This document shows positions 47,455 to 60,806 of a stretch of 64,000 nucleotides of DNA, one piece after another. Under the pieces are notes generated by a model, which was not told the DNA's origin, searched no databases, and worked only from the letters and a program-made list of their open reading frames with translations. The DNA is from the human T2T-CHM13v2.0 reference genome, Homo sapiens. The translations under genes and the position numbers were made by a program. The stretch lies in assembly GCF_009914755.1 (NCBI RefSeq), contig NC_060944.1. One strand, written 5' to 3'. Within the stretch, counting starts at the first letter, position 1. Every line of letters begins with the position of its first letter.

Positions 47455-47790
47455 ATCAAATAGGATGCTTCAGCTGCAAGTAACATAGTGTCCATCAAAG
47501 AGTAGATTAAATAGTGATTATATCACATAGCAACCAGCCTAGAGATAGGTGGTTCTAGAGGTGGGGCGGTGGCTCAACGGTGTCATCAAGGATCCTTCTT
47601 TCTGCTCCCCACCTTCACCATATTGGATTCTTCAGCTTTCCTTGTGGTTGCAAAATGGCTGCCACTGTTTCTGACATCATATGTAGCCATGACAACATCC
47701 AGCTGAAGAAGAATAGTGTTTCTTCCTTGCATCTGTTCCCAGGAGCATCTGCCTCATCCCAAAATCATGTGAAGTACTTACCTTAATCTA
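47455..47790 (-). mobile_element. Old MLT1 (J/K-like) LTR
   Basis: taggatgcttcagctgcaagtaaca ... tggttgcaaaatggctgcc. Confidence 0.6.
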
Positions 47791-47869
47791 TCCTTAGGTA
47801 GATAATACGTTGCATGTAGCTGAAACATCTTACCTGATCCATTTCAAGAGGGGCAGGCTCCAAATATTT

Positions 47870-48420
47870 ACATTTGTCCATTTATTCTACATATATTTAT
47901 TGAAAGCCTATTATGAGTAGGTGTCGGACTAGGTGCTGGAGGTTTAATGGGGAACAGGGAACAAGACAGTTCCTGCCTTCAGGGAGCTCATGGTCAAGTG
48001 ACAGAGGCAGCTTTGCACAGACCACTTTACTCAATTCGGTTTAATTGAATTATTTCAGTCATAGTTCTATAGTGTGCTAGTGGTAAGCCTGGGGCGTCAA
48101 GCTCTGCATGGAAGGGTGGTTGTCAGGAAGTTTCAGTGATGATGGCTGTAGGATTTGCAAAGTTAGTGAAGGAAGAAGAGGGTAGAAGGTCATTCCAAGT
48201 TATAAGATAATAAATTCCACCATTGGCATTGTACTACATGCTTTACATATATCATTTGTAATCGTTACAGCAGCCAGGCAAGGAGGGTGACACTGCAAGG
48301 TCCTTTCCTCCATTTCACAGATCAGGTATCTGAGGCATGGGAGGTTAAGTGGTTTTTCCGAAGTCACATAGTAAGGGGAGGAGTTGGTATGGGAATTCAG
48401 GCCAGTTTGATGTGGAATAT
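47870..48420 (-). mobile_element. L2 3' fragment (~47870-48200) followed by MIR (~48205-48420)
   Basis: tatttattgaaagcctattatg ... ctaggtgctgg ... cctgccttcagggagctca (L2); ccatttcacagatcaggtatctgaggc ... gaggttaagtgg (MIR). Confidence 0.7.
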
Positions 48421-48998
48421 ATGGTTTTTTTAGCTAATCGTCTTGTATTTTCATTGACCCCAGGGAGCCTCCTAAATTTGAAAATCAGGGATCAAGAAGG
48501 AGACATGGGAGACACATCACTGGGTTGGATAGAGAAGTGCTGTCATACGACTCAGTGTTCTTTTCACTACAAGCTTTCTGTGGACATGGTGGTTCTGCAA
48601 GGCAATAGTCTATACCTCCCTCACTAGTGATGCTACCCCTCAGAGCTAAGCCTGAGAAGAGTGCTAAAGAGATAATGCAGATCTTGCAAATCTTATATGA
48701 AGAGTCCAAGAAACCCCCCCTTAGTTTAGAATTGTGTGGTTATTTGATCAGAGTGTGAACCAGTTCAGAACCTCATGTACTGGAAAGCCCTACTATATTT
48801 GAACCTCGGTTTATCTCAGGGATATTCCATTGCATACTTATATATTTTTTCATTGTGTATCATTAGTTTCTCCCTTTAGGCAAATCATAGATTTTTGATT
48901 CAGACGTTTTAACCCTAGCTCCACAACTTGCTGTTTTTGAATTCTTAAGTTTGTTAAACTTTCCCAACGTCTCAGTTTCCATTATTTGTTAAAAGGGT

Positions 48999-49409
48999 CG
49001 CTATGGTTTGAATGTGTCCCCCAAAATGTATGTATTGGAAACTTGGTTCCCAATGCAGCAGAACTGGGAAGGGGTCCTTTGAGAGGGGTTTAAGTTCTGA
49101 CAGCTTCCACCCTCATGAGTGTATTAATGTCAGGTATTGTGAGAGTGAGTTCCTTATAAAAAGACAAATTCAGCCCCCTCCCCTCTCTCTCTCTCTCTCT
49201 TTCTTTCTCTTTCTCTTTCCCTCCCACTATGTGAGCACACAGCAACAAGGCATCATTCTGGATGCAGAGAGAAGCCCTTCCCAGTCACTGACTCTGCTGG
49301 TGCCTTGATCTTGGACTTCCCAATCTCTAGAACCATGAGCCAAATAAATGTGTTTATTATAAATGATCCAGTTTGTGGTATTCTGTTATAAAAGCACAAA
49401 ACAAAGACA
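48999..49409 (+). mobile_element. MST (MaLR) solo LTR inserted in a MIR
   Basis: cgctatggtttgaatgtgtccccc ... gtggtattctgttataaaagcacaaaacaaagaca; 5-bp TSD agggt at 48994-48998 and 49410-49414. Confidence 0.9.
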
Positions 49410-49554
49410 AGGGTCTATTGGGAACATATTCTCAGTGTTATTCATAGAGTCAATGAGCTAATATAATGTTCTGGCATATCCATCTACCTTAAAGCCACCT
49501 GCGGATTTTAACCAGGGAGACTGGACATTTCCAAGTCTATTGGTTTAGCTAGCA

Positions 49555-49862
49555 GTGGAAGCTACACATCAGAACGGCCTGGGAGAATTTTCAGGACTCA
49601 CCCCAGACAGATTAAATAAGAATTCTGGGGGAACACTAGTGTTTTTGTAATTATTCCCAGGTAACTATAGTGTGCATCCTGGACCAAGACCCACCAAGCT
49701 AGGCTATTGCTTCTCAAACTTTAATGAGCACACAAATATCCTGGGTTTCTGGTAAAAACTCAGATTTTGCTTCAGTAGGTCTGGGGCAAAGCCTGAGATT
49801 GCAGTTCTAACAAGTTCCAGTAAATGCTGATTCTGTTGGTCCATGGACCAGACACTGAGTAC
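49555..49862. mobile_element. Two adjacent MER5 MITEs (~49555-49697 and ~49705-49862)
   Basis: ctcaccccagacagattaaataagaattctgggg; ttgcttctcaaactttaatgagcac ... ttcagtaggtctgggg ... ttctaacaagttcc. Confidence 0.75.
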
Positions 49863-50313
49863 CAATAAGAACTAGGAAGTAAGAACTAGTAAGTCTTACT
49901 TCCTAGTTCTTAGGGATAGGAATATGTTTTGCCTCAAGGCTGGGACAGCTAAATAATTTTCCCAAGCCCTGGTGGCTCTCTCTTTTCTGGAATGAAAGCT
50001 TTAGGCAAGTGGACTGCATTGAAATGGACTACATATTTTTCCTCATCTATTTTCTCATATCACAAAGCCAGCATGGGATCATAGAGAATTTAGAGTTTCA
50101 GGCATGGAAGATCCTTAATAATTGTTGGATGAACTGAGATTCCTGCTGGATGGTTGAAGATGCTGAGGTGTTACTGGAGGCTGCTGAGGTAGCATCCCTG
50201 CTGAGATGCTACTGGAGGCTCAGATGCCATAGGATGTTACAAGTTATGTCTTGAAGATGCTGTCAACCTTTAGTGGAGCTTAACAACAGAGGGATCACTT
50301 AGGTCTCTGAAGA

Positions 50314-50500
50314 CAGTGCATCTCAAATTTAATATGCATAGGCTGTGGGTAGAGTGGGGTTGGGGTGGCTTATTTCAACAGATCCCTACCCCCGAGTTTC
50401 TGATCAGTAGGTTTGGGTGGGGTCCCCAACATTTGCATTCTAACTAGCTTCCAGGTGATATTGCTGGTCTCAATGATACCTTGGGAAGAATCCTTTCTCA
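50314..50500 (-). mobile_element. MER5A MITE
   Basis: cagtgcatctcaaatttaatatgcata ... ttctgatcagtaggtttgggtgggg ... atttgcattctaac. Confidence 0.75.
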
Positions 50501-50512
50501 AAGCCAGCAAGG

Positions 50513-50887
<375 letters not shown>

Positions 50888-51737
50888 TCATTTCTCTCCT
50901 GGGAAAAGGTACACGGGTGAACCAGCCATGGGGTCGGGGATGGTTTTTCCCCCAGTCAGCCTCAGGAGTGAAATGGAGAGCAGAACTGAGGGTGACACTG
51001 CACAGTATTGGGGTGCAGGTGGGAGCCATGAAAGGAGCTTCCTGAACATCCTTTGCTATTTGAAGGAGTCGGCCAGGTGACAGGACACCTGATTTCCAGG
51101 CAGCAATGGTGCTACCCTCTCTTTGGAGGGCTGATTAGGCTACTCTTAGGTACAACTACTGAGCCTTCCTGCATCCTGGAAGATCCTTTTCTAGGAAGGT
51201 GGGTATATGAAGGAGGAGCATCTTTCCCTAGAACCTCCAAAGAGGCTCTGTGGCTGCTGTGATGTGAACATCTGCAGAATCACAACATTATCTTATCAGT
51301 AATTGAATTCAGCTTGTGCATCAGCCTCACATTAAAGACAACTCAGTCCCTTCTGATTTAAAATGTAACCTCTCTGTGGTCAATATTCAGATGATTCCGG
51401 CTTCCAGGCATTTCTTTCTGAGTTTAAGGCCATTCTACCTCTCTCTAGAGGTTCTTCCTCTCTATGCTTCCCAGAAGGGTGGCTGGATTCAGAAGATATA
51501 CTTCTGCAATGAAAAGGGATCAAGTTATACTGATCGTTTAGACCTCACTGCCTTTTCCTAGGGGGTTCTAGGAAAACTCCCCCACCTCCATTCCCATCAG
51601 CTCTGGTTGCTGGATGTGCTCTGGCATCCACTGCTCATGTCTGTGATCCTGCCATGGCTTCCAGTTGTGATGTCTTCATCTGTCTTGTCTGGTGGATGGT
51701 AGGGTCCCAGTCCATTCTTTGGGACTTTTTGTTTTTA

Positions 51738-52093
<356 letters not shown>

Positions 52094-53569
52094 TGAGGTG
52101 GAAGCTCCTGACCGTTTTGCCTAAACAGAACTTGCCTATCATCCATGAGGCTGTCCTACAAACTGTGGGGTCTCCTAGAAGATTCTCCTCCCAGAGTTCC
52201 AAGCAGGAAGCCGAAAGCTGGGTGTCTCCTCTCTGCTAACAGATTCTCTCAGGTCCTCTCTACCAGCCGCAGTCCAGGAAGGCTCTTTTCAGTCCCCATG
52301 GCTCAGGAAATGCCCTGAGGTCACACCCTGTCCTGAATCTTTCCTACTCGATGGCTTTTGGTTAGCAAACAAACAAAAATATAAATATTCCTTTCTCTCT
52401 TTTGAACATGCTAGCTAAAAAAATTTTTTTTTAATTTCTGGTTTTGCAAACGAAAGCTTCAGTTTTCACAACTACTCTTTACTTCCTGAAACCAGATTCC
52501 AGAGACTTCTTTGGAATTAGGACCTTAGCTCGGAGTCCTTTGCTCTTCCCTGAATTTAGCTCCATCCCCAAGCAATGGTTGCCTCAGCTTCAGGGGTAGG
52601 AAAGTTGGCAGGAGATGACAGTGGAAAGAAATAGATATATATGGGATAAAATTCGAAACTACCACGCCACTTCACTCTCCAGGCCTGTGTGTCTGTATAG
52701 CTTCTGCTCTAACACCTCCACTTGGCTTCCTTTGCACTTTCTTCTCTTTTCACTCTCCTGCCTCCTCCACCTTTCCTTTTCTTCCCTAAGGTAGCCCTGG
52801 TAGTAGGGGCAATGGGATTGAGCAAGACAAATAAGTCAAAGATATTTCATCTTGTCTCTTCCAAATTCAAAGAAATAGCATTCTATTTTCCCCTCAATTG
52901 CTGATAGTACCTAAAAGTTCCTCTTTTTTATATTAATTTTTTTCAGCTAAAGCAAAAGTGAAAAATCAGGAGTTTACATTTTCTACAAAACATTTTTCTT
53001 AATGCGGTTTTAGCTGTCAAGCTTGTGAGACTGTTATTGTGACTTCAGTGCAGTCTATTTATGTTTAACGCTAGTGTATAATGTAGAAAAGCGTGCACAC
53101 GTCGAAAATGACTCTCTGGAACTCAGCATATAGGTATGTTTAAAAGCTAATACCTATATACAGCCAGCAAGGAAGCTCTATTTCAGTGTACTAACAGCCA
53201 TTTCTGAATGCATACAGGTCTGTCTGTATTGAAAATCTTTCCACCAGACAGCCAGAAAAATGCACTGCAAATTTAGAAGCAAACTATAAAAATGCAAGCA
53301 GCTGGCTGGAGCACAGTAAGGCTCAACAGAGGGACCTCATGAAACCACCAATGGTAATCGTTATTTAAAGAAACTGGCTTACTCTAAACAGCATATTGCG
53401 TTTGGATGTTTTCTAGGTGGCCAAAATTGTATGGACATAACAAGATCCTAGAAATTAGCTTTCTGGTAGGTTTCAGTGTGGGGATTATTTATGTTGATCC
53501 ATTGTTTTGTATCTCCCACCCAGAATGCTTTTTATCCAATTGGCTCTTTTTTTAAAAAAAAAATTAGTT

Positions 53570-53894
53570 TTTGTTGTTTTATTGTTGTTGTTTTTGAAAC
53601 AGGATCTGGCTCTGTCACTTAGACTACAGTGCAGTGGCACAATCTTGGCTCACTGCAACCTCCGCCTACTAGGCTCAAGCCATCTTCCCATGTTGGCCTC
53701 CCATGGGCCTACAGGTGAGCACCACCATGCTTGGCTAATTTTTGTATTATTATTATTATTATTATTATTATTTTAGTAGAGACGGGGCTTTACCATGTTT
53801 CCCAGGCTGGTCTCAAACTCCTGAGCTTAAGTGATTTGACCACCCCAGCCTCCCAAAGTGCTGGGATCACAGGCATGAGCTACTGCACCCAGCC
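53570..53894 (-). mobile_element. AluJ-type element with (TAT)n expansion in the middle A-rich linker
   Basis: ggctcaagccatct diagnostic; tattattatt run at ~53746-53772. Confidence 0.92.
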
Positions 53895-54479
53895 AGTCAT
53901 TGTTTTGATGAGAAGCAAAACCTCTATGTTAACCGTGTCTTCTATGTATTTAATGGGTACTCTTCCTATGTATAAAAAAGAGTAGAATGGTCAGAGGTTC
54001 TGGGATGCTGGTCAAGTTCTAGTCCTTGATCTGGATAGTGATTACATAGGTTACATTATTTTAAAATTTTGATTTGTCATTTTTCTCTTTGTATATTCTG
54101 TTTAATAAAACAGCTTTCTGTTCAACAAAACAGCTTTAGAAATTCAGAAAAATTGAAACACAGCTATAAAATCTTTGATATGGTTTACACGTAAGAGATC
54201 ATTTTATAATTAACTTCAAAGGCAGGAAATCTCAGGGTAATTGGTAAGTGTATTGGTACATGAAATATTTGAGATGAAAGGAATTTAAGAGCAGTATAAT
54301 CCACTCTCTTCTCTCTGCTAGTGAGAAAGAGGAGAACCAGAGAGTCAAGGGACTTATTCAAGAAATTCTGGCTAATGTATTGTGGAAGCAGAATTTCAAT
54401 CCAGTGCCACATTTTCTACTATGCCATTCATGTAGGACCATGAGGAACCTGTACTGATAAAAACAAAAGCTATCATCTA

Positions 54480-54779
54480 TTATGTATTTATTATTTATTA
54501 TTTTTTGAGACAGGGTCTCGTTTTATCACCCAGGCTGAAATACAATGGCATAGTCACGCCTGAGTGCAGCCTCGGCCTCCTGGGTTCAAGCGATCCTCCC
54601 ACCTTGGCCCCCTCAGTAGCTGGGACTACGGGCATGCCCAGCTATTTTTTTAAAGTTTTTGTAGAGGTGGGATCTCCCTATGTTGCTCAGGCTGGTCTTG
54701 AACTTCCTAGGCTGAAATGAGCCTCCCACCTTTGCTTCCTAAAGTGCTGGGATTATAGGCGTGAACCACCACACCCGCC
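54480..54779 (-). mobile_element. AluJ
   Basis: gagacagggtctcg ... tgtagaggtgggatctccctatgttgctcagg; flanks aaaagctat(c/a)a. Confidence 0.92.
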
Positions 54780-54789
54780 AAAAGCTATA

Positions 54790-55000
54790 ATTTATTGAGC
54801 ACCAAACACTATATATGCATGATCTCATCTCATCCATAAAACACTCCTGTTGAGAGATAGGATTTTCATTCCCATTTTTCACATCAAGAAACTGAGGCTT
54901 CTCCAGGTAAGTGGCTTAGTCAAAGTCGCAGAGTGAGCAAGTGTCAGAGCTAGGATTGGAACCCACATCTCCCTGATTCTCGACTTTACCTTCATAACGT
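54790..55000 (-). mobile_element. MIR SINE
   Basis: cccatttttcacatcaagaaactgaggctt ... taagtggcttagtcaaagtcgcaga ... gagctaggattggaaccca. Confidence 0.8.
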
Positions 55001-55205
55001 TCTCCTGTAGCGTGTTTTTTTTACAATTAAAATTTTGTGTTTGGATTTTGTTTATTTCCGTACTCAAGTTTTACTTTTTCCTTTTTGTGTGAAGCATTGA
55101 ATAAGTAGGAAAAAGGGCAAGGTTTTTCAGGGAAGTATATAAATAACTAGAAAATTTGTTTCCATTCATTTCTTTTTTGTATACATATAAAAGATGTATA
55201 GTTCT

Positions 55206-55513
55206 GGCCGGGTGCTGTGGCTCACGCCTGTAATCTCAGCACTTTGGGAGGCCAAGGTGGGCGGATCACCTGAGGTCAGGAGTTCGAGACCAGCCTGGCC
55301 AACATGGAGAAACCATGTCTCTACTAAGAAATACAAAAATCAGCCGGGCGTGGTGGCAGGCGCCTATAATCCCAGCTACTCAGGAGGCTGAGGCAGGGAG
55401 AAGTGCTTGAACCCAGGAGGCGGAGGTTGTGGTAAGCCGAGATCACGCCACTGAACTCCAGCCTGGGTGACAGTACGAGACTCTGTCTCAAAATAAAATA
55501 AAATAATAAAAAA
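55206..55513 (+). mobile_element. Full-length Alu (AluSx/Sp-type)
   Basis: ggccgggtgctgtggctcacgcc ... (AAAAT)n tail. Confidence 0.96.
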
Positions 55514-56674
55514 GTATACTTCTTTTTCTTTAGATATTAGAGCCAACATTATATCTGCTTACGTAGGGATTTCACCAAACTTCAGTACGTTTAACCATGA
55601 TATTAAATCAGTGAGCACAGATGCTGCTACAAAGAACTTGTTCACGACATAAAGACCTCTTCTGTTCTTGAAATAGAACTTACAAGTTTCTGTAGCGGAG
55701 TAAAAGTAAACTGGGAGTGGCATCCCATCTTGATGTCATATCCTTTACGCACATCAGTTTAGGAAAGCAAGTCCTGTGCCTTGAGGGTGCCAGCCACCAC
55801 CCTGCATGAAGCCAGGCACTTCTCTCCAGAATTATGAGCCTCGTCCAGTGCTCTGTGAATATAGGTACTTCCTGGGTGATTTTGCAAAGGCCTTGTGATG
55901 CGGTATATACTAAATGCTGGCATTACTGAGCTATAATGGCCGGAAGTAATTTTCTCTCAGCATCGGGGACCACAGAGAACTTGTTTTGCGCCGGTTATTA
56001 GTCTACATTAGAAGAGAAATTTATTTGCTGGAGGAAAGTTATTAAAATACTCTAATTCAATATTTGTGTGAGAAATAATAAATTGGTAAGTTACAGGTGA
56101 ACAAGAGCAGCGAACTCTTTTGTTTCTTCCTTCTGGGACCCACTGCAGATTTCCAGTGTTTACTGTGTTGCTGCTTCTTAGATGAATGATTTGTCTATTT
56201 GCTGTGGGATTAACTACACATGTTCTTGGCAAAGAAGGCAAAATGCAGCCAAAAGATCTTCCATCCTGCTGGAATATTGCCATTCATAGTGCCACCATTC
56301 ATGTGTGTGTTTTATCTCCAAGTGATCAAAGCTCTGTTTTGTAGAGGACGGTCTTGATTTTTGATTTGTCAACAAAAAATAAAATATTATTATTGGAGCT
56401 ACTGATGCTGATGCTTACCTTTTCCCTAACTAATCTCTTCACACAAGTAGTTTAACAGTTTATCAGGAAGCCTAAGATAAGTACACATTAATTGTATCTT
56501 GCCTTGATTTTCGCAATGAAATGCACCATAATTTTCTCATAGTCCTTTGAGAGTCTTTCTAGTGTGTTGTTTTCTTTTCTGCTTTTTTGCCCCTAAAGAA
56601 ATTCTCCAATGTGCAAATTTCTTTTCTTTGGGCTGTACATGTTCTCCTTCAGTGATCTCATTGGCTGTCTAGCC

Positions 56675-56855
56675 CAGTGCCTCTCAAACTTCAGTGCATG
56701 TGGAATCACCTGGAGACTCTGTTAAAATTCAGATTGTGGGCTTCATTTCAGAGACTCTGATTCAGTGGGTCTGGGATAGAGCTGAAAAAGTGAATTTCTC
56801 ATATTCTTCCAGATGATGCTACTGGTCAGTGGCAGCATGTGGAGTGGCACTGCTC
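56675..56855 (-). mobile_element. MER5 MITE
   Basis: cagtgcctctcaaacttcagtgcatgtggaatcacctggag ... ctctgattcagtgggtctggga. Confidence 0.8.
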
Positions 56856-56926
56856 TAACCCAGATGATCATTACTAGGTAAATAATATCAACTTATAGGT
56901 CTTTCTCCAGAGTTTCAAACTGATGA

Positions 56927-57994
56927 TTTATTTTTTATTTTGTTTTTTAAACATTTTATTTTTATTTTGTTATTTAAACATTTATTTTAGGTTTCAGGGG
57001 TACATGTGTAGGTTTGTTATATAGGTAAACTCATGTCATGGGAGTTTGATGTATAGGTTATTTTGTCACCCAGGTACTAAGCCTAGTACCCAGTAGTTAT
57101 TTTTCTCTGCTCCTCTCCCTCCACCCTCTTTAGGCCCCAGTCTCTATTGTTCCCTTCTATGTGCCCATGTGTTCTCATTATTTAGCTCCCACTTATAAGT
57201 GAGAACATGCGATATTTGGTTTTCTGTTCCGAGATTAGTTTGCTAAGGATAATGGCCTCCAGCTCCATTCCTGCTCCTACAAAGGATATTATGTCTTTTT
57301 TTTTATGGCTGCATAGTATTCTGTGGTGTATATGTACCACGTTTTCTTTATCCAATCTACAATTGATGGGCATTTAGGTTGATTCCATGTCTTTGCTATT
57401 GTGAATAGTGCTGCAGTGAACATACGTGTGCATATGTCTTTATGGTAGAATGATTTATATTCCTTTGGGTATATACCCAGTAATGGGATTGCTAGGTCAA
57501 ATGGTGGTTGTTTTTAGCTCTTTGAGAAATTGCCACTCTGCTTTTCACAATGCTTGAACTAATTTATACTCCCACCAATAGTGTATAAGCATTCCCTTTT
57601 CTCCACAACCTTGCTAGCATCTGTTATTTTTTTGACTTTTTAATAATAGCCATTCTTTCTGACTGGTGTGAGATGGTATCTCATTGTGGTTTTGATTTGC
57701 ATTTCTCTAATCATCAGCGATGTTGAGCTTTTTTTCATATACTTGTTGATTGCATGTATGTCGTCTTTTGAAAAGTGTCTGTTCATGTCCTTTGCCCACT
57801 TTTTAATGGGGTTGTTTTTTCTTGTTAATTTGTTTGTTAGAGATGCTGGATATTAGACCTTTGTCAAATGTGTAGTTTGCAAATATTTTCTCCCATTCTG
57901 TAGATTGTCTGTTGATAGTTTCTTTTGCTGTGCAGAAGGTCTTTGGTTTAATTAGTTCCCATTTATTAATGTTTGCTTTGTTGCAATTGCTTTT
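56927..57994 (-). mobile_element. 5'-truncated primate L1 (L1PA13-16/L1PB-type) 3' end, ~1.07 kb
   Basis: ggggtacatgtgtaggtttgttatataggtaaactc ... gctcccacttataagtgagaacatgcg ... gagatggtatctcattgtggttttgatttgcatttctct; the minus ORF at 57182-57373 reads an L1 ORF2 C-terminal-like peptide (MELEAIILSKL). Confidence 0.95.
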
Positions 57995-58297
57995 AAAACT
58001 AATATTTTAAACTCCCTAGAGGGCTGTATGGGCTGACCTGTCAGGGTCTCATAAGTAAGATGGCCCTTATCATTACCATCCAGTGATTGCTTTCCTGTGC
58101 TTACTAACAGTGCCTCCTTTATCCCAGGTATCCAAACTTGAGACTTCAAAGTCTACTTGCCCAACTCTCTTATTCTTTTGCTTTTGCTCTGTTGGGTACC
58201 AAATCCAGCAGAACCCACCATATCAATGACCGCCATAGATACTCCACTGCCACAAACACTCCTGTAGCTCTGGAAGTCTTCTCCCATGTTTTCTGTT

Positions 58298-59118
<821 letters not shown>

Positions 59119-60134
59119 TCTACTTATACTCCCTGATTTAGCTACAACTACACCAAGCACTAAAATAGCTTTGTGTCTTTAAAGGTGCCGCTTCCTCAGC
59201 CTGTAACAACTGTTTGCTTCTTTTTCACTGTGATATGGCTACAAACTTATGGGGTCATGCAGGGATGGAGAGCAGGTTATATTATTTTTAGAGATCTGAC
59301 AATTCTGATTTATAAAGAAAACCTTAAATAATCTAGTTCAATTTAGATAGGAAATTCCTGGGGTAAGTTGGGGTAAGGATATATGTCTTCCTTTATTTCC
59401 TCGGCTCTATCCAACGGCTTGTGGGATCCATTTGCCTCCATATTGACTGAATACAAATGGAACCACAACCTACTTAGAAATACTGGTCTTTCTTATATTG
59501 TATGTCTTCCCTCACACTCCCCCACATCCCCTCTTCTCGAGGAATAAACTATTCTCAATAATTATGATCACTCTATTTTTCATGTAAAATTTTTGGCTGT
59601 AAGTCTAATAGGAAGCCTGAGACATTTTGGGGACATTTATTTAGTTAATGAGGACATATGTCAGAGTACCTGAAATGGAAACTGACCCATACAACCAACA
59701 GTCATAAATATTTTAGATTTTCAAAGTGTTTTTTTTTTTTTTGCGTGACAGATTTTTGAAGTTTGCTGAAAGCCTTTCAAAAGTATATTACCCATTTCTA
59801 TGCGTTATTAAACAAAGATTGCCAGCTAACCCTGTCTTTTCTTGATGATTCACAACCATAATCGCAAATGTCACTTTTTATGTCATGCAGTGTTTTTCCC
59901 TTTGATCTCCAATTTCCAGTTATGGCTTTATTGGTGACTGGCTAGTCTCCTGAAGCTCTCCTGCCTTTAATAATGTGTTGATTTTAATCTGCGGGGAGCT
60001 GGCAAGATAGATAACCAAGGACGTATCAAAAATATGCAAAAGATGTCAATAGGCTGAGAGTGGTGAACTGAGGGCTCATCTATTAAACTGGCATTTGTGC
60101 TTTGCCACAGCCATTTCAACAACCCAGAGTGCCT

Positions 60135-60451
60135 TTTTTTTTTTTTTTTAACACGGGTTCTTTCTCTGTCACCCAGGCTGGAGTGCAGTGGTGGTATCCT
60201 ACTGCGGTGGCGGGATCCTGGCTCACCGTAGCCTCAACCTCCTGAGCTCAGGTCATCCTCCAACCTCAGCCTCCTGGGTAGCTGTGACTACAGGCAGATG
60301 CCAACAGGCCCAGCTAATTTTTTTTTTTTTTTTGAGATATGTGGTTTCACCAATTTGCCCAGGTTAGTTTTAAGCTCCTGGGCTCAAGCAATCCACTAGC
60401 CTAGGCTCCCCAAATTGTTGGGATTACAGACATGAGCCACCACACTCAGCC
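60135..60451 (-). mobile_element. AluJ with internal ~19-bp duplication
   Basis: gtagcctcaacctcctgagctcaggtcatcc AluJ diagnostics; duplicated block at 60184-60219. Confidence 0.9.
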
Positions 60452-60468
60452 TGACTTTCTAAAAATTA

Positions 60469-60806
60469 TTTCTTTCTCTTTCTCTTTCTTTCCTCCCCTC
60501 CTCTTCCCTCCCCTCCTAAGCCCTCCCCTCCCCTCCTCACCCCTCCCCTCCCTTCCCCTTCCCTCCTCACCCCTTCCCTCCTCACCCCTTCCCTCCTCAC
60601 CCCTTCCCTCCTCACCCCTCCCCTCCTCACCCCTCCCCTCCTCTCCCCTCCCCTCCTGCCCCCTCCCCTCCCCTCCTCTCCCCTCCTGCCCCCTCTCCTC
60701 CCCTCCTGCCCCCTCCCCTCCTCTCCCCTCCTCTCCCCTCCTGCCCCCTCCCCTCCCCTCCCCTCCCCTCCCGTCCTCTCCCCTCCTCTCCTTTTTTTTT
60801 TTTTTT
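60469..60806. repeat. Polypyrimidine low-complexity / (CCCCT)n-derived tandem repeat
   Basis: About 340 bp almost entirely C/T, with a 15-bp higher-order unit cc(c/t)tccctcctcacc. Confidence 0.97.

Noticed and set aside
57182-57856. ORFs resembling retroelement protein
   Set aside because: Fragments of a truncated, dead L1 3' end.
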